Shown in pieces: positions 8,382 to 18,525 of a stretch of DNA of 64,000 nt. The stretch lies in NCBI GenBank assembly GCA_049513575.1, contig JBEKVZ010000002.1, positions 462,186 to 526,185 of the forward strand, given 5' to 3'. The first letter of the stretch is position 1. Each line of letters opens with the position of its first letter. A model generated the notes under the pieces. It worked only from the letters and a program-made list of their open reading frames with translations, searched no databases and had not been told where the DNA came from. The position numbers and the translations under genes were made by a program. The DNA is from Gemmatimonadales bacterium (GTDB lineage: Bacteria; Gemmatimonadota; Gemmatimonadetes; Gemmatimonadales; JACORV01).

Positions 8382-10690
8382 GCGCAACGCTCGCGCAGGC
8401 GACAGGGCGGCGCGTCGCGGCGCGCATCACCGTACGGGGAGCGGTACAGGGGACGGGGTTCCGTCCCTTTGTTTTCCGCCTCGCGCAGGCGCTCGGCCTC
8501 GCGGGGTCGGTGCGGAACACGCCGTTCGGCGTGCTCATCGTCGCCGAGGGGGAGGCGGAGGCGGTGGCGGCGTTCCTCCGGCGGCTGCCGCCGGAAGCCC
8601 CGCCGGCCGCGGTCCTGCGCGGCGTGGAGGTCGAGGAGATCGCGCCGGACGGCGCCGAGCGGTTCGAGATCGAGGCGAGCGACCTGGCGGGTGAGCTGGT
8701 GGTCGCGATGCTCCCGGATCTGGCGACCTGCCCCGAGTGCCGTCAGGAGCTGTTCGACCCCGACGATCGCCGGTTCAACTACCCATTCCTCAACTGCACG
8801 GCCTGCGGGCCGCGGCTCTCCATCATCGAGGGGCTGCCGTACGACCGGCCGCTGACCGCGATGCGGCAATTCCGGATGTGTCCGGACTGCGCCGCCGAGT
8901 ACGGGGACCCGCGCGACCGCCGGTTCCACGCGCAGCCGGTCGCATGTCCACGGTGCGGGCCTCGCTTCTGGTTCGAGGGGCGCGACCCCACGGCGGGACC
9001 GTACGCGACCTATCCCCTCGAAGCGGCGGTCGCGATGCTGCGGTCGGGGCGGATCCTCGCCGTCAAGGGGATCGGCGGTTACCAGCTCCTCGTGGACGCG
9101 CGGGACGACGCCGCCGTGGCGCGCCTCAGGGCCCGCAAGGGGAGGGAGGCGAAGCCGCTCGCGGTGATGTTCCCGAGCCTCGAAACGCTGCGCCGCGTCG
9201 CGCGGGTCGGGGACGAGGAGGCGCGGCTCCTGGACTCCGCGTCGGCACCCATCCTCCTCCTGCCCCTGATCGACCGCAGCGCGATCTCCGCGGAGACGGC
9301 GCCGGGGCTTCATTCGGTGGGCGCGATGCTGCCCTACTCGCCGCTCCACCACCTGCTGCTGGCCCGGCTGAACTTCCCCGTCGTCTGCACGAGCGGGAAC
9401 TTCTCCGAGGAGCCGATGGCGATCACGGCCGAGGACGCCCGGGAGCGCCTGGGGCCCATCGCCGACGCGTTCCTGCACCATGACCGCCCGATCGTGCGGC
9501 ATGTGGACGACTCGGTCGCGCGGGTCGTGGACGGCAGCCTGCTCGTGCTGCGCCGCGCGCGCGGGTTCGCGCCGCTGCCGGTGGAGCTCACGGCGCATCT
9601 CCCGACGGTGCGGGCCCTGGGCGGCCACCTCAAGAACACGGTCGCGTGGAGCCACGGCAACCAGATCATCGCGAGCCAGCACATCGGCGACCTCGACCAC
9701 CCGCTCTCGCTCGAGGCGCTGCAGCGCACCGTGGCCGACTACGAGCGGCTCTACGGCCTGGGCCCCGTGGCCGTGGCGTGCGACCTCCATCCCGACTACG
9801 CGACCACCCGGCTGGCCGAAGCCAGCGGGTTGGAGGTGATTCGCGTGCAGCACCATCACGCGCACGTCGCGGCGGTGATGGCCGAGCACGATCTCGAAGG
9901 CGAAGTGCTGGGCGTCGCGTGGGACGGGACGGGACTCGGGACCGACGGCACGATCTGGGGCGGCGAGTTCCTGCGGGCCTCGGTCGTCGGCTACCGCCGC
10001 GTCGCGCGGTTCCTCCCCTTCTGGCTGCCCGGCGGCGAGGCGTCCGCGCGCCAGCCCTGGCGGTCGGCGCTCGGTGTGCTGCACGAGATCCACGGCGAGG
10101 GGCTGTGGGACCTCGACGTTCCGTCGGTGGAGCACGCCCGGCCGCGGCGGTCCATCCTCGAGGCTCTGTTCCGGCCGGGCGGCTACTCCGCGCGCACGTC
10201 GAGCGCGGGCCGGCTGTACGACGCGGTCGCCTCCCTGCTCGGGCTCCGCCAGGAGTCGAGCTACGAAGCCCAGGCAGCGATGCAGCTCGAGCAGATGGCG
10301 GAGCCGGGGGCGTCGGCGGGCTACCCCTTCCGTCTGCTCGAGCCGGTGGTCGCCGCGGAAAACGCGCCGGTCGAGGTGGACTGGCGTCCCGCCGTCACGG
10401 GCCTCCTCGCGGACCTCCGCCGCGGCGCGACACCTTCTGCCGCGGCCGGCCGGTTCCACCTCACGCTCGCCCAGATGATCGCCGCCGTGGCCGAGTGGCA
10501 CGGGCTCGCTCGCGTGGTGCTGTCGGGCGGGTGCTTCCAGAACGCCGCGCTCGTGACGCTGGCCGCGCGGGACCTCCGGGCGCGGGGCTTCCAGGTCTTC
10601 ACGGCCAGCCGCATCCCGCCGAACGACGGTGGGCTCGCGGTAGGGCAGGCGCTCGTGGCCGCCCATACCCTGCTCGAGCGGAGGCGCTAG
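8378..10690 (+). CDS. hypF: Carbamoyltransferase HypF
   Basis: Acylphosphatase [11 protein letters not shown]; zinc fingers CPEC/CTACGP/CPDC/CPRC; VQHHHAH; [11 protein letters not shown]. Confidence 0.95.
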   Translation: MSATLAQATGRRVAARITVRGAVQGTGFRPFVFRLAQALGLAGSVRNTPFGVLIVAEGEAEAVAAFLRRLPPEAPPAAVLRGVEVEEIAPDGAERFEIEASDLAGELVVAMLPDLATCPECRQELFDPDDRRFNYPFLNCTACGPRLSIIEGLPYDRPLTAMRQFRMCPDCAAEYGDPRDRRFHAQPVACPRCGPRFWFEGRDPTAGPYATYPLEAAVAMLRSGRILAVKGIGGYQLLVDARDDAAVARLRARKGREAKPLAVMFPSLETLRRVARVGDEEARLLDSASAPILLLPLIDRSAISAETAPGLHSVGAMLPYSPLHHLLLARLNFPVVCTSGNFSEEPMAITAEDARERLGPIADAFLHHDRPIVRHVDDSVARVVDGSLLVLRRARGFAPLPVELTAHLPTVRALGGHLKNTVAWSHGNQIIASQHIGDLDHPLSLEALQRTVADYERLYGLGPVAVACDLHPDYATTRLAEASGLEVIRVQHHHAHVAAVMAEHDLEGEVLGVAWDGTGLGTDGTIWGGEFLRASVVGYRRVARFLPFWLPGGEASARQPWRSALGVLHEIHGEGLWDLDVPSVEHARPRRSILEALFRPGGYSARTSSAGRLYDAVASLLGLRQESSYEAQAAMQLEQMAEPGASAGYPFRLLEPVVAAENAPVEVDWRPAVTGLLADLRRGATPSAAAGRFHLTLAQMIAAVAEWHGLARVVLSGGCFQNAALVTLAARDLRARGFQVFTASRIPPNDGGLAVGQALVAAHTLLERRR

Positions 10691-10692
10691 CC

Positions 10693-10971
10693 ATGTGCCT
10701 CGGCGTGCCGGGCGAGATCCTCGAGCGCCACACCGGCCCGGGCGGCCTGCTGTACGGCACGGTCCGGTTCGGCGCGGCGGACCGGGAGGTCTGCCTGGAG
10801 TACGTCCCGGAGGCCGCGGTCGGCGACTTCGTGATCGTGCACGTGGGGCTGGCGCTCACGGTGCTGAGCCGCGAGGACGCCGAGGAAACGTTCCGTTATC
10901 TCGACGAGATGGAGGCTTCGGCCGAGCTGGGCCGCGAGGCCGATGCGCTCGAGCGCGAGGAAGTGCCGTGA
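10693..10971 (+). CDS. hypC: Hydrogenase assembly chaperone HypC
   Basis: MCLGVPG N-terminus; GDFVIVHVG. Confidence 0.95.
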   Translation: MCLGVPGEILERHTGPGGLLYGTVRFGAADREVCLEYVPEAAVGDFVIVHVGLALTVLSREDAEETFRYLDEMEASAELGREADALEREEVP

Positions 10972-12083
10972 GGTACCTGGACGAATACCGCGACGGGGCA
11001 TCGGCACAGCGCTACGCACAGACGCTGCGCGCGATCGTCACGCGGCCGTGGACGCTGATGGAGGTCTGCGGCGGCCAGACGCACTCCATCGTGCGGTACG
11101 GCATCGACGAGATGCTGCCGCCCGGCGTCACGCTGATCCACGGGCCCGGGTGCCCGGTGTGCGTGACGCCGGTCGGCATCCTGGACCGCGCCTTCCGCAT
11201 CGCGCGGCAACCGGGGGTCATCTTCGCGTCGTTCGGCGACATGCTCCGCGTGCCCGGCACCCGCGACGATCTGCTGCACGTGCGCGCCGAGGGCGGCGAC
11301 GTCCGCATCGTCTACTCGCCGCTCGACGCAGTCGCGATCGCGGAGAAGGAGCCCGAGCGGCAGGTCGTGTTTCTCGCGGTCGGCTTCGAGACAACGGCGC
11401 CCGCCAACGCGATCGCGGTGCAGCTGGCGGCGAAGAAGCGCCTCGCGAACTTCACCGTCCTGCTCGCGCAGGTGCGGGTTCCGCCCGCGCTCGAAGCGAT
11501 CCTCCAATCCCCCGACTGCCGGGTGCAGGCCTTCCTCGCCGCGGGCCACGTCTGCACGGTGATGGGGACGGCGGAGTACGACCCGCTGTGCGAGCGGTAC
11601 CGCGTGCCGGTCGTGGTGACCGGATTCGAGCCGGTGGACCTGCTGCAGGGGATCGCGATGGCAGTGCGCCAGCTGGAGGAGGGGCGCAGCGCGGTCGAGA
11701 TCCAGTACCGCCGCTCGGTGCGGCCGGAGGGGAACGCGCATGCCCGCGCCGCGATCGCGGAGGTGTTCGAGGTCGCCGACCGCGACTGGCGCGGCCTCGG
11801 CCGGATACCGCGCAGCGGGTTCGCCCTGCGCGCGAAGTACGCCGCGTTCGACGCCGAGCGGAGGTTCCCGGACTCGGAGCCGCTGGCGCCCGAGGACCCG
11901 GATTGTCTGGCCGGATTGGTGCTCCAGGGCCGCCTGCGACCGCAGGAGTGCCCGGTCTTCGGCACACGGTGCACGCCCGAGCATCCTCTCGGCGCGCCGA
12001 TGGTCTCCTCGGAGGGGGCGTGCGCGGCGTACCACCTGTACCGCCGCCGGAGGACCGCGGCGGCTGTGGCCGGAGCGGCGTGA
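10968..12083 (+). CDS. hypD: Hydrogenase formation protein HypD
   Basis: [39 protein letters not shown]. Confidence 0.95.
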   Translation: MRYLDEYRDGASAQRYAQTLRAIVTRPWTLMEVCGGQTHSIVRYGIDEMLPPGVTLIHGPGCPVCVTPVGILDRAFRIARQPGVIFASFGDMLRVPGTRDDLLHVRAEGGDVRIVYSPLDAVAIAEKEPERQVVFLAVGFETTAPANAIAVQLAAKKRLANFTVLLAQVRVPPALEAILQSPDCRVQAFLAAGHVCTVMGTAEYDPLCERYRVPVVVTGFEPVDLLQGIAMAVRQLEEGRSAVEIQYRRSVRPEGNAHARAAIAEVFEVADRDWRGLGRIPRSGFALRAKYAAFDAERRFPDSEPLAPEDPDCLAGLVLQGRLRPQECPVFGTRCTPEHPLGAPMVSSEGACAAYHLYRRRRTAAAVAGAA

Positions 12084-13126
12084 TGGGCGAGATCATCTGC
12101 CCGGTGCCGCTCGGCGACGGCGGACGGATCCTGCTCGCGCACGGCGGCGGGGGACGGCTCACGCGCGACCTGGTCGAGCGGGTCTTCGTCCCCGCGTTCC
12201 GGAATGAGACGCTCGCCGCGCTGCACGACAGCGCGGTGCTGGAGCGGCCCGCGGGGCGGCTCGCCTTCACGACGGACTGCTTCGTCGTGCGACCGCTCTT
12301 CTTCCCCGGCGGTGACGTCGGCAAGCTCGCGGTGACCGGCACGGTCAACGACCTCGCGATGAGCGGCGCGCGTCCCCTCTACCTCAGCCTGGGGTTCATC
12401 CTCGAGGAGGGGCTGGCGGTGGACGACCTGCTGCGCGTCGTCGCGTCCATCCAGGCCGCCGCGCTCGAGGCGGCGGTCGCGGTCGTCGCCGGCGACACCA
12501 AGGTAGTGGAGCGGGGCAAGGGCGACGGGATCTTCATCACCAGCTCGGGCGTCGGCGTCGTCGTGGCGAAGCGGCCCGTTGCGCCGACCGAGGTGCGGCC
12601 GGGCGACGCGGTCCTCGTGAGCGGCCCGGTGGGCCAGCACGGCGTCGTCGTGATGGCGGTGCGCGACGGCCTGGCCTTCGCGTCGCCGATCCTGAGCGAC
12701 TGCGCCAGCGTCGCGGGCCCCGTGCTCGCGCTCCTGGAGGCGGGGCTGGACGTGCACTGCCTGCGGGACCCGACGCGCGGCGGCGTGGCCACGGTCCTGA
12801 ACGAGATCGCCACCCAGGCCCGCTGCGAGATCGCGGTGCACGAGAGCGCCATCCCCGTGGGCGAGGACGTGGCCGGGGCCTGCGAAGTGCTGGGCCTCGA
12901 TCCGCTGTACGTGGCGTGCGAGGGGCGCTTCCTGGCCTTCGTCGCGGCCGCAGAGGCGGACCGCGCGCTCGAGCTGCTCCGCTCGCGGCCGGAGACGGCC
13001 CGGGCGTCCCGCATTGGCACGGTGCGACAGGGCGGGACGCCGGGGCTGGTGGTGCTGAGGACGAAGGCGGGCGGTGACCGGGTGCTCGACCTCCTGTCGG
13101 GGGAGCAGCTGCCGAGAATCTGTTGA
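12083..13126 (+). CDS. hypE: Carbamoyl dehydratase HypE
   Basis: LAHGGGG, FTTDCFVV, GDTKVV, RDPTRGG, terminal QLPRIC. Confidence 0.95.
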   Translation: MGEIICPVPLGDGGRILLAHGGGGRLTRDLVERVFVPAFRNETLAALHDSAVLERPAGRLAFTTDCFVVRPLFFPGGDVGKLAVTGTVNDLAMSGARPLYLSLGFILEEGLAVDDLLRVVASIQAAALEAAVAVVAGDTKVVERGKGDGIFITSSGVGVVVAKRPVAPTEVRPGDAVLVSGPVGQHGVVVMAVRDGLAFASPILSDCASVAGPVLALLEAGLDVHCLRDPTRGGVATVLNEIATQARCEIAVHESAIPVGEDVAGACEVLGLDPLYVACEGRFLAFVAAAEADRALELLRSRPETARASRIGTVRQGGTPGLVVLRTKAGGDRVLDLLSGEQLPRIC

Positions 13127-13128
13127 GC

Positions 13129-13217
13129 AGGGTGTTAGGGTTTGGGGTGTAGGGTGTGGCAGACTGGTGCGCGCAGCCTTCTACACCCTGCACCCTACCC
13201 CCTACACCCTTTCTTTT
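13129..13217 (+). terminator. Fold-back of ~7-bp G-rich/C-rich repeats followed by a T-tract; probable terminator of the hydrogenase operon
   Basis: AGGGTGTTAGGGTTTGGGGTGTAGGGTGT (13129-13157) pairs imperfectly with CTACACCCTGCACCCTACCCCCTACACCCT (13181-13210), then TTCTTTT. Confidence 0.6.
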
Positions 13218-13248
13218 GGCATCACATCGCGTCATCATCCACCGCTCC

Positions 13249-14187
13249 ATGCTCACCAACTCCGTCGCCATTTCCTGTCGGCGCCTCGTCAAGCGCTACA
13301 AGGACGTGACCGCCGTCGCGGGCCTCGACCTCGAGGTGCGCGCCGGGGAGTGCTTCGGCCTGCTCGGGCCGAACGGCGCCGGGAAGACCACGACGGTCGA
13401 GATGCTCGAGGGGCTGCTCACGCACGACGAGGGCGACATCGAGATCCTCGGCCTGCGGTGGGATGGGCACGAGCACGAGCTGCGCGAGCGGCTCGGGGTC
13501 GCGCTCCAGGAGACCAAGCTGGCCGATCGGCTCACCGTGGCCGAAGTGATCAGCCTCTTCCGCAGCTTCTACCGGCGCGGGCGCACGGTGGAGGAGGTGC
13601 TGGACGTCGTCGAGCTGGGCGAGAAACGTGACGCCTGGGTCGAGAAGCTCTCCGGCGGGCAGCGGCAGCGCCTCGCGATCGCATGCGCGCTCGTAGGGGC
13701 GCCGGACGTGCTCTTCCTCGACGAGCCGACCACGGGGCTCGATCCGCAGTCGCGCCGGCAGCTGTGGGAGATCGTGGCCTCGTTCAAGCGCGGGGGCGGG
13801 ACCGTGGTCCTGACCACGCACTACATGGAAGAGGCGGAGCGGCTGTGCGACCGGGTCGCCGTGATGGACCACGGCAAGGTCATCGCGCTCGGGTCGCCGC
13901 GCGAGCTGATCGCCTCGCTCGGCGCCGATCACGTGGTGGAGTTCGCGCTCGCCGACGGAGCGGAGCCGCCGCCGGAGGCCGCGCTCGCCGCGCTGCCCGG
14001 GGTCAAGGCGGCGCGGCGGGACGGGCCGCGCTTCAGCCTGACCGTCACGGAGGCGCACCGCGCCGTGCCCGCACTGATGGTCGAGCTGGAGCGGCGCGGG
14101 GTGGAGATGACGGAGCTGGTCACGCACCACGCCACGCTGGAGGACCTGTTCCTCAGCCTGACGGGCCGGCACCTGAGGGATGAGTGA
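13249..14187 (+). CDS. ABC exporter ATP-binding subunit (NodI/DrrA-like)
   Basis: GPNGAGKTT, LSGGQ, LFLDEPT, LTTHYMEEAE. Confidence 0.93.
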   Translation: MLTNSVAISCRRLVKRYKDVTAVAGLDLEVRAGECFGLLGPNGAGKTTTVEMLEGLLTHDEGDIEILGLRWDGHEHELRERLGVALQETKLADRLTVAEVISLFRSFYRRGRTVEEVLDVVELGEKRDAWVEKLSGGQRQRLAIACALVGAPDVLFLDEPTTGLDPQSRRQLWEIVASFKRGGGTVVLTTHYMEEAERLCDRVAVMDHGKVIALGSPRELIASLGADHVVEFALADGAEPPPEAALAALPGVKAARRDGPRFSLTVTEAHRAVPALMVELERRGVEMTELVTHHATLEDLFLSLTGRHLRDE

Positions 14188-15221
14188 TGGGCAGCCACCA
14201 TCCGTTGTGGCAGCTGACGCTCGCGCGGTTCCGGGAGCAGCTCCGACAGCCGGAGGTGCTGTTCTGGGTCTTCGCGTTCCCGCTGCTTCTCGCGGTGGCT
14301 CTCGGCCTGGCGTTCCGGAACCGGCCGCCCGACGTGATCCGCGTCGGCGTGGAGGCCGGCCGCGGGGCCGACTCGGTGGCGTCGCTCCTCGCGCACACGC
14401 GGGGGTTCCGGGCGGCGGTGCTTCCACCCGCCGAGGCGGCCGACCAGCTGCGGAAGGCTCGCGTCGCCATCCTCGTCGTGCCCGGCGACACGGTGGTGTA
14501 CCGCTACGACTCCACTCGGACGGAAAGCCGGATGGCTCGACTCGCGACCGACGATGCGCTGCAGCGCGCTCTCGGCCGTCGGGACGTGCGGCCCGTGGCC
14601 GAGCAGAAGGAGATGGAGAAGGGCTCGCGCTACATCGACTTCCTCATCCCGGGGCTGCTTGGCCTCAACCTCATGGGCACAGGGATGTGGGGGCTGGGCT
14701 ACGCGGTGGTGGACGCACGGAAGAAGAAGCTGATGAAGCGCCTGCTCGCTTCGCCGATGCGGAAGAGCCACTACCTCCTCTCGTTCATCGTGGCGCGCCT
14801 GACGATGCTGGGGCCGGAGGTCGTGCTGCTCATCGGCTTCGGGATGCTGGCCTTCGGCGTCCCGATGCGGGGCTCGGTGGCGACCTTCCTCCTGCTGGCG
14901 GTCGTCGGCGCGATGTGCTTTGCCGGTATCGGCCTGCTGACGGCCAGCCGCGCGCGCACCATCGAGACCGTCTCGGGGCTGATGAATCTCATAATGATGC
15001 CGATGTGGATCCTGTCCGGCGTCTTCTTCTCCTCGGCGAACTTCCCGGCAGCGATGCAGCCGTTCATCAAGGTCCTGCCGCTCACGGCGCTGAACGACGC
15101 GCTGCGGGCGGTGATGCTCGACGGCGCGTCGCTGGCGGCGGTGGCCGGTCCGACGGCCATCTGCGCCGCGTGGGCGGTCGCCTCGTTCGCCGTCGCCCTC
15201 AAGATCTTCCGCTGGCTGTAG
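14184..15221 (+). CDS. ABC-2 type exporter permease
   Basis: N-terminal TM, extracytoplasmic loop, YIDFLIPG, ~5 C-terminal TMs, LSGVFF; coupled to ATPase. Confidence 0.9.
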   Translation: MMGSHHPLWQLTLARFREQLRQPEVLFWVFAFPLLLAVALGLAFRNRPPDVIRVGVEAGRGADSVASLLAHTRGFRAAVLPPAEAADQLRKARVAILVVPGDTVVYRYDSTRTESRMARLATDDALQRALGRRDVRPVAEQKEMEKGSRYIDFLIPGLLGLNLMGTGMWGLGYAVVDARKKKLMKRLLASPMRKSHYLLSFIVARLTMLGPEVVLLIGFGMLAFGVPMRGSVATFLLLAVVGAMCFAGIGLLTASRARTIETVSGLMNLIMMPMWILSGVFFSSANFPAAMQPFIKVLPLTALNDALRAVMLDGASLAAVAGPTAICAAWAVASFAVALKIFRWL

Positions 15222-15282
15222 CGTCGCGCGAGCGGGGCCGGGCGCGCATATTCCCCGTTGGACCGCTGACCGGAGACGTTCG

Positions 15283-16851
15283 TTGCTCAAAGTGATGCTG
15301 ATGCTGGCGGCCGCCGCTCTGCAGGCCCCGGACCCGCAGCCGCGCCCCACCCCCACGCTCGTCGTCCACATCACGGTGGACCAGTTCCGCGCCGACTACC
15401 TCGACCGATGGCGCTCGCAGCTCACCGGCGGGCTGGCCCGCCTGCTGCGGCAGGGAGCGGTTTTCACCGACGCCTACCAGGACCACGCGATGACGGAGAC
15501 GGCGCCGGGCCACGCGACGGTGCTCTCCGGCCGGAACCCGCACTCCACCGGTATCGTCCGCAACGACGAAGGCGTGCCCGATACCACGGCGACCGGTCGG
15601 CTGCTGGGGGCCAGGGGGCCGGGAGCGTCGCCGTGGCGCTTCCGCGGCACCGCGCTGTTCGACTGGATCGCGGCCCGCTATCCCGATGCACGGGCCCTCT
15701 CGGTGAGCCGGAAGGATCGCGCTGCGATACTCTCGCTCGGGAAGGCGCGCCAGCAGGTTTACTGGTACGTCTTCGGCATTTTCACCACGAGCCGCTACTA
15801 CGCCGACTCGCTCCCCGACTGGGTCAAGGCGTTCAACATCGCCATGGTCCCGGCCCGCGCTCCAGGACGGCGCTGGAACCTGCTCCTCAAGCCGTCCGCC
15901 TACCAGGAGCCGGACAGCGAGCCGTACGAGAACCACGGCAGGGGCGTCACCTTCCCGCACGATCTGCCGCCGGATTCGATCCCGGCGTCCATCATGGTGA
16001 TGGGCACGCCGTTCATGGACTCCCTCACGCTCGCCTTCGCCCTCGACGGCGTGAACCAGCTCCAGCTCGGCAAGGGGCCGGCGCCCGACGTCCTGGCCGT
16101 CAGCCTCTCGACGACAGACGCCATCGGCCACGCCTTCGGACCCAACTCGCGGGAGATCCACGACCAGGTCCTGCGCCTCGATCGCTACCTCGGGCAATTC
16201 CTCGATTCGCTCTCACGCCTGCGGGATCCGCGGCGCATCGTCGTTTCGCTCACCGCCGATCACGGCGTGACGTCGTACGTGCAATGGTCCCAGGCTCACG
16301 GCGATCCGGCGGCGCGGGAGGTGCGCGCCGACACGCTCGTGCGCGCCGTCGAGGCGGCGCTCGAGGCGCGGGCCGGGAGCGGCCGGTGGATCCGGTGGTT
16401 CGAGCTCGGCATGCTGGTGATGGACCGTGCGGGCCTCGAGGCGAAGGGCGTCAACGTGGACTCCGTCGTGGCGGACGTCGCGGCGCGGATGCGCGCCCTG
16501 CCGGGCGTGTGGCGGGCGGACACGCCCCGCGAGCTGGCCTCCGCCGACACGGCGCGGGAGGCAACCGCGCGGCGCTGGCTCAACACCATCCCCCCCGACC
16601 TCGACGTCGAGCTGTGCGTGACGCTGAAGCCGCACGACGTGTGGGGGCCCGCCAGCGACGCGGAGCACGGCCAGCCGTCGGACGACGACGCGCACGTGGC
16701 GCTGATCATCGCGGGCGCCGGCGTGCGAGCGGGGCGGTATGCGGGGCGGGTGCAGGTGGCGGACCTGGCGCCGACGCTGGCGCGGCTGCTGGGGGTGGCT
16801 CCGCTGGAGAAACTGGATGGGCGGGTGCTCTCCGAAGCGCTCCGCAAATAG
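15283..16851 (+). CDS. Alkaline phosphatase/nucleotide pyrophosphatase family protein (PafA-like), secreted
   Basis: Signal peptide; ITVDQFR, TETAPGHAT, STTDAIGH, TADHG, EHG. Confidence 0.85.
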   Translation: MLKVMLMLAAAALQAPDPQPRPTPTLVVHITVDQFRADYLDRWRSQLTGGLARLLRQGAVFTDAYQDHAMTETAPGHATVLSGRNPHSTGIVRNDEGVPDTTATGRLLGARGPGASPWRFRGTALFDWIAARYPDARALSVSRKDRAAILSLGKARQQVYWYVFGIFTTSRYYADSLPDWVKAFNIAMVPARAPGRRWNLLLKPSAYQEPDSEPYENHGRGVTFPHDLPPDSIPASIMVMGTPFMDSLTLAFALDGVNQLQLGKGPAPDVLAVSLSTTDAIGHAFGPNSREIHDQVLRLDRYLGQFLDSLSRLRDPRRIVVSLTADHGVTSYVQWSQAHGDPAAREVRADTLVRAVEAALEARAGSGRWIRWFELGMLVMDRAGLEAKGVNVDSVVADVAARMRALPGVWRADTPRELASADTAREATARRWLNTIPPDLDVELCVTLKPHDVWGPASDAEHGQPSDDDAHVALIIAGAGVRAGRYAGRVQVADLAPTLARLLGVAPLEKLDGRVLSEALRK

Positions 16852-16873
16852 AGGAGCGGTGTGAGGTGACGCC

Positions 16874-17854
16874 ATGAAGGCCGTCGTCATCACCAGGACG
16901 GGCGGGCCCGAGGTCCTCGAGACCCACGACGTGCCGGCACCCGAGCCGGAGGCCGGGGAGATCCTGGTGCGCGTTCGGGCCGCGGGGATCAACCGGGCCG
17001 ACCTGCTGCAGCGTCTGGGCCAGTATCCCGCGCCGTTCGGCGCGCCCGCGAACATTCCCGGGCTCGAGTATGCGGGCGAAGTGGCGGCGCTCGGGACCGG
17101 CGCCAGGGCGTGGAAGGTGGGCGACCGCGTGATGGGGCTCGTTCCGGGCGGCGCCTGCGCCGAGTTCCTCACCACGCACGAGGCGGTCGCGATGCGTGTG
17201 CCGGCCGCGTGGTCGTTCGAGCAGGCGGCCGCGGTGCCGGAGGTGTTCATCACCGCCTACGACGCGCTCATGCGCCAGATGCTCCTCCGGGCGGGCGAGC
17301 GCATCCTGATCCACGCCGTCGCGAGTGGCGTTGGCACGGCCGCGCTCCAGCTCGCCGCCTCGATCCACGCCCGGACCTTCGGCACGTCGCGCTCGGCGGC
17401 GAAGCTCGAGCGGGCCCGCCAGCTGGGGCTGGAGGTCGCCATCGACACCTCCCGCGAGGATTTTGTCGAGGTCGTGCGGCAGAAGACGGACGGCGCGGGC
17501 GTGGACGTCGTGCTCGACCTGGTCGGCGGACCGGCGCTGGCGGGGAACATCCAGGCCCTGGCACGCGCCGGGAGGATGATCGTCGTGGGGCTCACGGGAG
17601 GACGCAGCGCGCCGATCGACCTCGGCGCCGTGCTGAGCAAACGGCTGACGATCGTCGGCACCGTACTGCGCGCGCGGACCCTGGACGAGAAGATCGCCGT
17701 CACCGCCGCCTTCGTGCAGGACATCCTGCCGCTCCTGGAGGCGGGGATGGTCCATCCGGTCCTCGACCGCACCTACGCCCTGTCCGAGGCGGCCGATGCG
17801 CACCGGCGGCTGGAATCCAACGCCACATTCGGGAAGCTGGTGCTTACGGTGTGA
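16874..17854 (+). CDS. NAD(P)H-quinone oxidoreductase (PIG3/zeta-crystallin MDR family)
   Basis: GINRADLLQ, PGLEYAG, HAVASGVG, FGKLVL. Confidence 0.9.
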   Translation: MKAVVITRTGGPEVLETHDVPAPEPEAGEILVRVRAAGINRADLLQRLGQYPAPFGAPANIPGLEYAGEVAALGTGARAWKVGDRVMGLVPGGACAEFLTTHEAVAMRVPAAWSFEQAAAVPEVFITAYDALMRQMLLRAGERILIHAVASGVGTAALQLAASIHARTFGTSRSAAKLERARQLGLEVAIDTSREDFVEVVRQKTDGAGVDVVLDLVGGPALAGNIQALARAGRMIVVGLTGGRSAPIDLGAVLSKRLTIVGTVLRARTLDEKIAVTAAFVQDILPLLEAGMVHPVLDRTYALSEAADAHRRLESNATFGKLVLTV

Positions 17855-17899
17855 GGCGGAGGCGGTAGGTTACAGGTCGCAGGCCGCAGGAGGGGGATC

Positions 17900-18502
17900 A
17901 TGGCGCAGAAGCTGTCGGCGAAGAGCCAGGAGCTGGTCGACTACCTGGAAACGCTGATGAGGGAGATGGACCACTTCGCCGCTCTCGTGGAGCAGTTCGC
18001 GGGCGCGAAGTCGCGCGCCGACCAGTACTCCAGCCAGCTGTCGCGCGAGCTGGCGCAGCTCAGGCAGAAAGCGATGATGCGGAACGTGGGCTTCGTCGCC
18101 GACTCCGCGGGGCAGTTGAGCGTGGCCGCTTCTCGGGGCGGCAGCCCGATGATGAAGGCCCGGGTCCTGCGTGACGGCGTGGTGGCGCTGAGGGCGCTGA
18201 TCGAGCGGACGATCAAGGGAGTGGTCCAAGCCGACGAGGGAGAGAAGCGGGAGAAGGAATTCCAGGCGCAGAAGGCGGCGAAGGCGCAGGCCGAAGCCGT
18301 CAAGCGGCGGGTGCTCGAAGAGGAGGCGAAGGAGGCCGCGAAGAGCGCCGCCGCCGCGGTGCCGACGACCGAGGCCCCCGCACCGGCGCCCAGGCCGGCC
18401 ACGGCGCCACCGGCAGCTGGCGCGGCTCCGGCGTCCAAGGCGCCCGCCCCTCCGGCGAGGGTCGCGGTCAAGCCCGCCGGTCCGTCACCCGTCAAACCCT
18501 GA
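17900..18502 (+). CDS. Hypothetical protein: helical (Hpt-like, His-less) N-domain plus coiled coil and Ala/Pro tail
   Basis: SD GGAGGGGG; amphipathic helices; typical codon pattern; 23 bp upstream of pilT. Confidence 0.75.
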   Translation: MAQKLSAKSQELVDYLETLMREMDHFAALVEQFAGAKSRADQYSSQLSRELAQLRQKAMMRNVGFVADSAGQLSVAASRGGSPMMKARVLRDGVVALRALIERTIKGVVQADEGEKREKEFQAQKAAKAQAEAVKRRVLEEEAKEAAKSAAAAVPTTEAPAPAPRPATAPPAAGAAPASKAPAPPARVAVKPAGPSPVKP

Positions 18503-18525
18503 GGATGGAGAGCTAAGGACCAGGG

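Noticed and set aside
18340-18500. Ala/Pro-rich low-complexity stretch (also the PilT linker)
   Set aside because: Ordinary disordered linker/tail with no regular DNA repeat unit
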